From assembly GCF_001194135.2 (NCBI RefSeq), contig NC_068983.1, positions 7,574,575-7,638,574 of the forward strand: DNA of 64,000 nt, given 5' to 3'. The notes beneath the pieces were generated by a model that was not told the DNA's origin, did no database searches, and saw only the letters and a program-made list of their open reading frames with translations. Source of the stretch: Octopus bimaculoides. Taxonomy: Eukaryota. Positions 61,881-64,000 of this stretch are shown here, piece after piece. Made by a program: the position numbers and the translations under genes. Position 1 is the stretch's first letter, and each line of letters begins with the position of its first letter.

Positions 61881-62477
61881 CTAATGGGGGAAGGCAGAAA
61901 AAGAAAAGAAAATTATAAAAAATTTGGCATCATACTTCTCATCTCTCTCACACACACACACAACCAAAAATATGCAGATACACACCAACACATAGTAAAA
62001 TTCAAGCCCAAAATACATATGCACACAGACTTGTGTACAAACACAAACACACACAAGCCTGCGTACAAACACACAAACAAGCATGTGTACAAACACACAA
62101 ACATTAAAATTCAAGTAGAAAACATACACACATAGGCCTGTATAAAAACACACACAAACACTCACGTCCAAACATGTACACACACTCCTCACACATACAA
62201 ATGAGAAATTGAAAAGAATATTTCTAACACAATAATAACCACTGAACAAAGGAAGTAACATTACTAATGAGTGCAACACTAATTAGAAAATACAGTAATA
62301 ACATAAGTATTCAAGAACTGAAGAGTGCCAATACAACGGTTCAAGAATGAAGAATTGCTCAGTATTCAAGAATAATCAGGACATACTCGGCTATTCCTGG
62401 CCTTAGAATACAGCTTTCATAAGTCTTACCTATCACATTCTGGCAAGGACAAAATCAAGAAATATATACACATAGCA

Positions 62478-62621
62478 TTAGTAGTAGTAATAGTAGTAGT
62501 AGTAGTAGTGGTAGTGGTTGTAGTAGTAGTAGTAGTAGTGGTGGTGGTGGTGGTGTTTGTAGTAGTAGTGGCAGTGGTAGTGGTAGTAGTAGTGGTGGTG
62601 GTTGTAGTAGTAGTAGTGTTT

Positions 62622-62652
<31 letters not shown>

Positions 62653-62695
62653 TAGTAGTGGTGGTGGTTGTAGTAGTAGTAGTAGTAGTAGTAGT
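62478..62695. repeat. (TAG/TGG)n compound microsatellite
   Basis: About 70 triplets; source of the poly-Thr and poly-Val pseudo-ORFs. Other degenerate low-complexity tracts at 3690-3890, 28380-28720, 51130-51420 and poly-A 57541-57598. Confidence 0.95.
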
Positions 62696-62884
62696 GTGTG
62701 TGTGTGAGAGAGACAGAGAGACCCCTAAAAAAAACACTTGGATCATGCCTGGAATGCCTTTGGTCCTAACAAGTTCGTTCAACCTGGGCTGACCTGGGCT
62801 TAAACAACAGCAACAGAAAATGAACAAAATGCAAGACAATAATTCTGAATATTATACATATATATATATAAATATATACTTCAC

Positions 62885-62957
62885 CTCAGAGAACTCAAAA
62901 GCTGCTTTGTCAAGAAATTCCCTCTCTGACCATACTTTGCTACGGGGTCCAATGTTA
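62885..62957 (-). CDS. LTA4H: Leukotriene A4 hydrolase / M1 aminopeptidase, first exon visible in the window
   Basis: NIGPRSKVWSEREFLDKAAFEFSE; accag/gtgaag; 73 nt; upstream exons lie beyond 64000. Confidence 0.92.
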
Positions 62958-64000
62958 CTGGTTAAAAAGAAATATTAAAAAAAAAAAGTATGGAATTATA
63001 TATAAACACAAAATTGCTACAATCTAATAAGATTGAACACACTAAATTATGTACTACCTTTATTCATTGGCCCCTCAAGTCTTGAGGAAATTGAAAGCCA
63101 CCCTCATGATGTAAACTTTGACTTGTCCTAGGTGTTTTTTCTTTATATGCCAATGAAGCCATCCCTTTTTAGGTCTGAACAGCTGGTTTTTTAGGGGAAG
63201 AAGGAAGGGGAGGAGGAGGTTCATCTCCAGCACCAGAGATATTATGTTCACATTATTCATCAATAAATTATCCCCTAGCTCTGCACTTTCAAAGATGAGT
63301 GGGATAGAGCAGTTCATTACTTGAAAAACAGATAAGAGTTAGTAACTACAATAGCATTTGGATGAAAAACAAAGTCTATGTACGTATTTGTCTAACCTAT
63401 GCTAGCATGAGAGAATGAACATAAATTGATGGAACACACGTTATCTATTCATATAACTAGCAGTCAGTATCCATCTCTCTGTTTGTCCATTCCTCTAAGG
63501 GAGACAACTGACCTTATTATATTTGTCTCCTTTGGTTACTTTACACTTGTATTGCCTGTCATATGACAAGTAATGTGAAGAACGTTTTTGCCACCATTGG
63601 CAATGAACAACTAATGATACCAGAGTGGTTGGCGTTAGGAAGGGCATCCAGCTGTAGAAACTCTGCCAGATCAGACTGGAGCCTGGTGCAGCCATCTTGT
63701 TTACCAGTCTTCAGTCAAATCGTCCAACCGATGCTAGCATGGAAAGCGGACATTCAACGACGATGATGATTCATAGTTAAACAGTATTATTGTTACTGAT
63801 AATATATTTATTGCAAACACATAACAGGGTGATGTGTTTTAATTCAAAATTAATTTAATACATATTTATCTTTTTAAAACTAGTATTCATTTTGTATAAT
63901 GACTATGAAATTTGAAAAAAAAAAAAAATTATAATCATTGTTCCGATATAAACTAACATTACATATTACCCACAATGGTAAAACATTCATTCCCAACATT

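Noticed and set aside
62426-62839. Poly-Thr / poly-Val ORFs (also 48287-48931 beyond the true exon, 10096-10568, and the HTHT/YIYI ORFs)
   Set aside because: Translations of micro- and minisatellites
43500-62957. LTA4H as a pseudogene because of the phase break between 56678 and 53351
   Set aside because: All ten visible exons are stop-free with intact splice sites and catalytic motifs, and an 893-nt gap lies exactly where the missing exon belongs
63075-63317. Minus-strand ORF as the next upstream LTA4H exon
   Set aside because: No similarity to the expected VPIPxYLIALVVG segment in any frame; that exon lies outside the window

Overview
Eukaryotic, AT-rich, repeat-dense genomic scaffold with six N-gaps. 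The SINE and RTE families point to a coleoid cephalopod, most likely Octopus (inference). Three spliced genes can be built by hand from GT-AG exons with consistent phases. (1) GTF2F2 (TFIIF beta/RAP30) is complete on the minus strand: 7 coding exons, 21851->771, 253 aa. (2) RFC4 is complete on the plus strand: 9 coding exons, 24619->38729, 357 aa. It is head-to-head with GTF2F2 and probably has a non-coding first exon near 22.1-22.2 kb. (3) The 3' two-thirds of LTA4H (M1 Zn-aminopeptidase/LTA4 hydrolase) lies on the minus strand: 10 visible exons, 62957->43500, tail-to-tail with RFC4. One obligatory LTA4H exon is missing and almost certainly sits in the 54126-55018 gap. The introns contain tRNA-derived SINEs (at least 4 families), RTE-LINE fragments and 3' tails, a Tc1 remnant, pogo-, hAT- and piggyBac-type MITEs, a Helentron-type non-autonomous element, and micro- and minisatellites. 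Nearly all ORFs in the supplied track are repeat or gap artefacts. I found no CRISPR array, rRNA or true tRNA gene, and no clearly new multi-gene system. The best leads are non-coding: inverted repeat pairs bracketing in-frame LTA4H exon blocks, a hammerhead-like GC island, a 45-bp-stem intronic hairpin, and local templated duplications. All of these are hypotheses to test.
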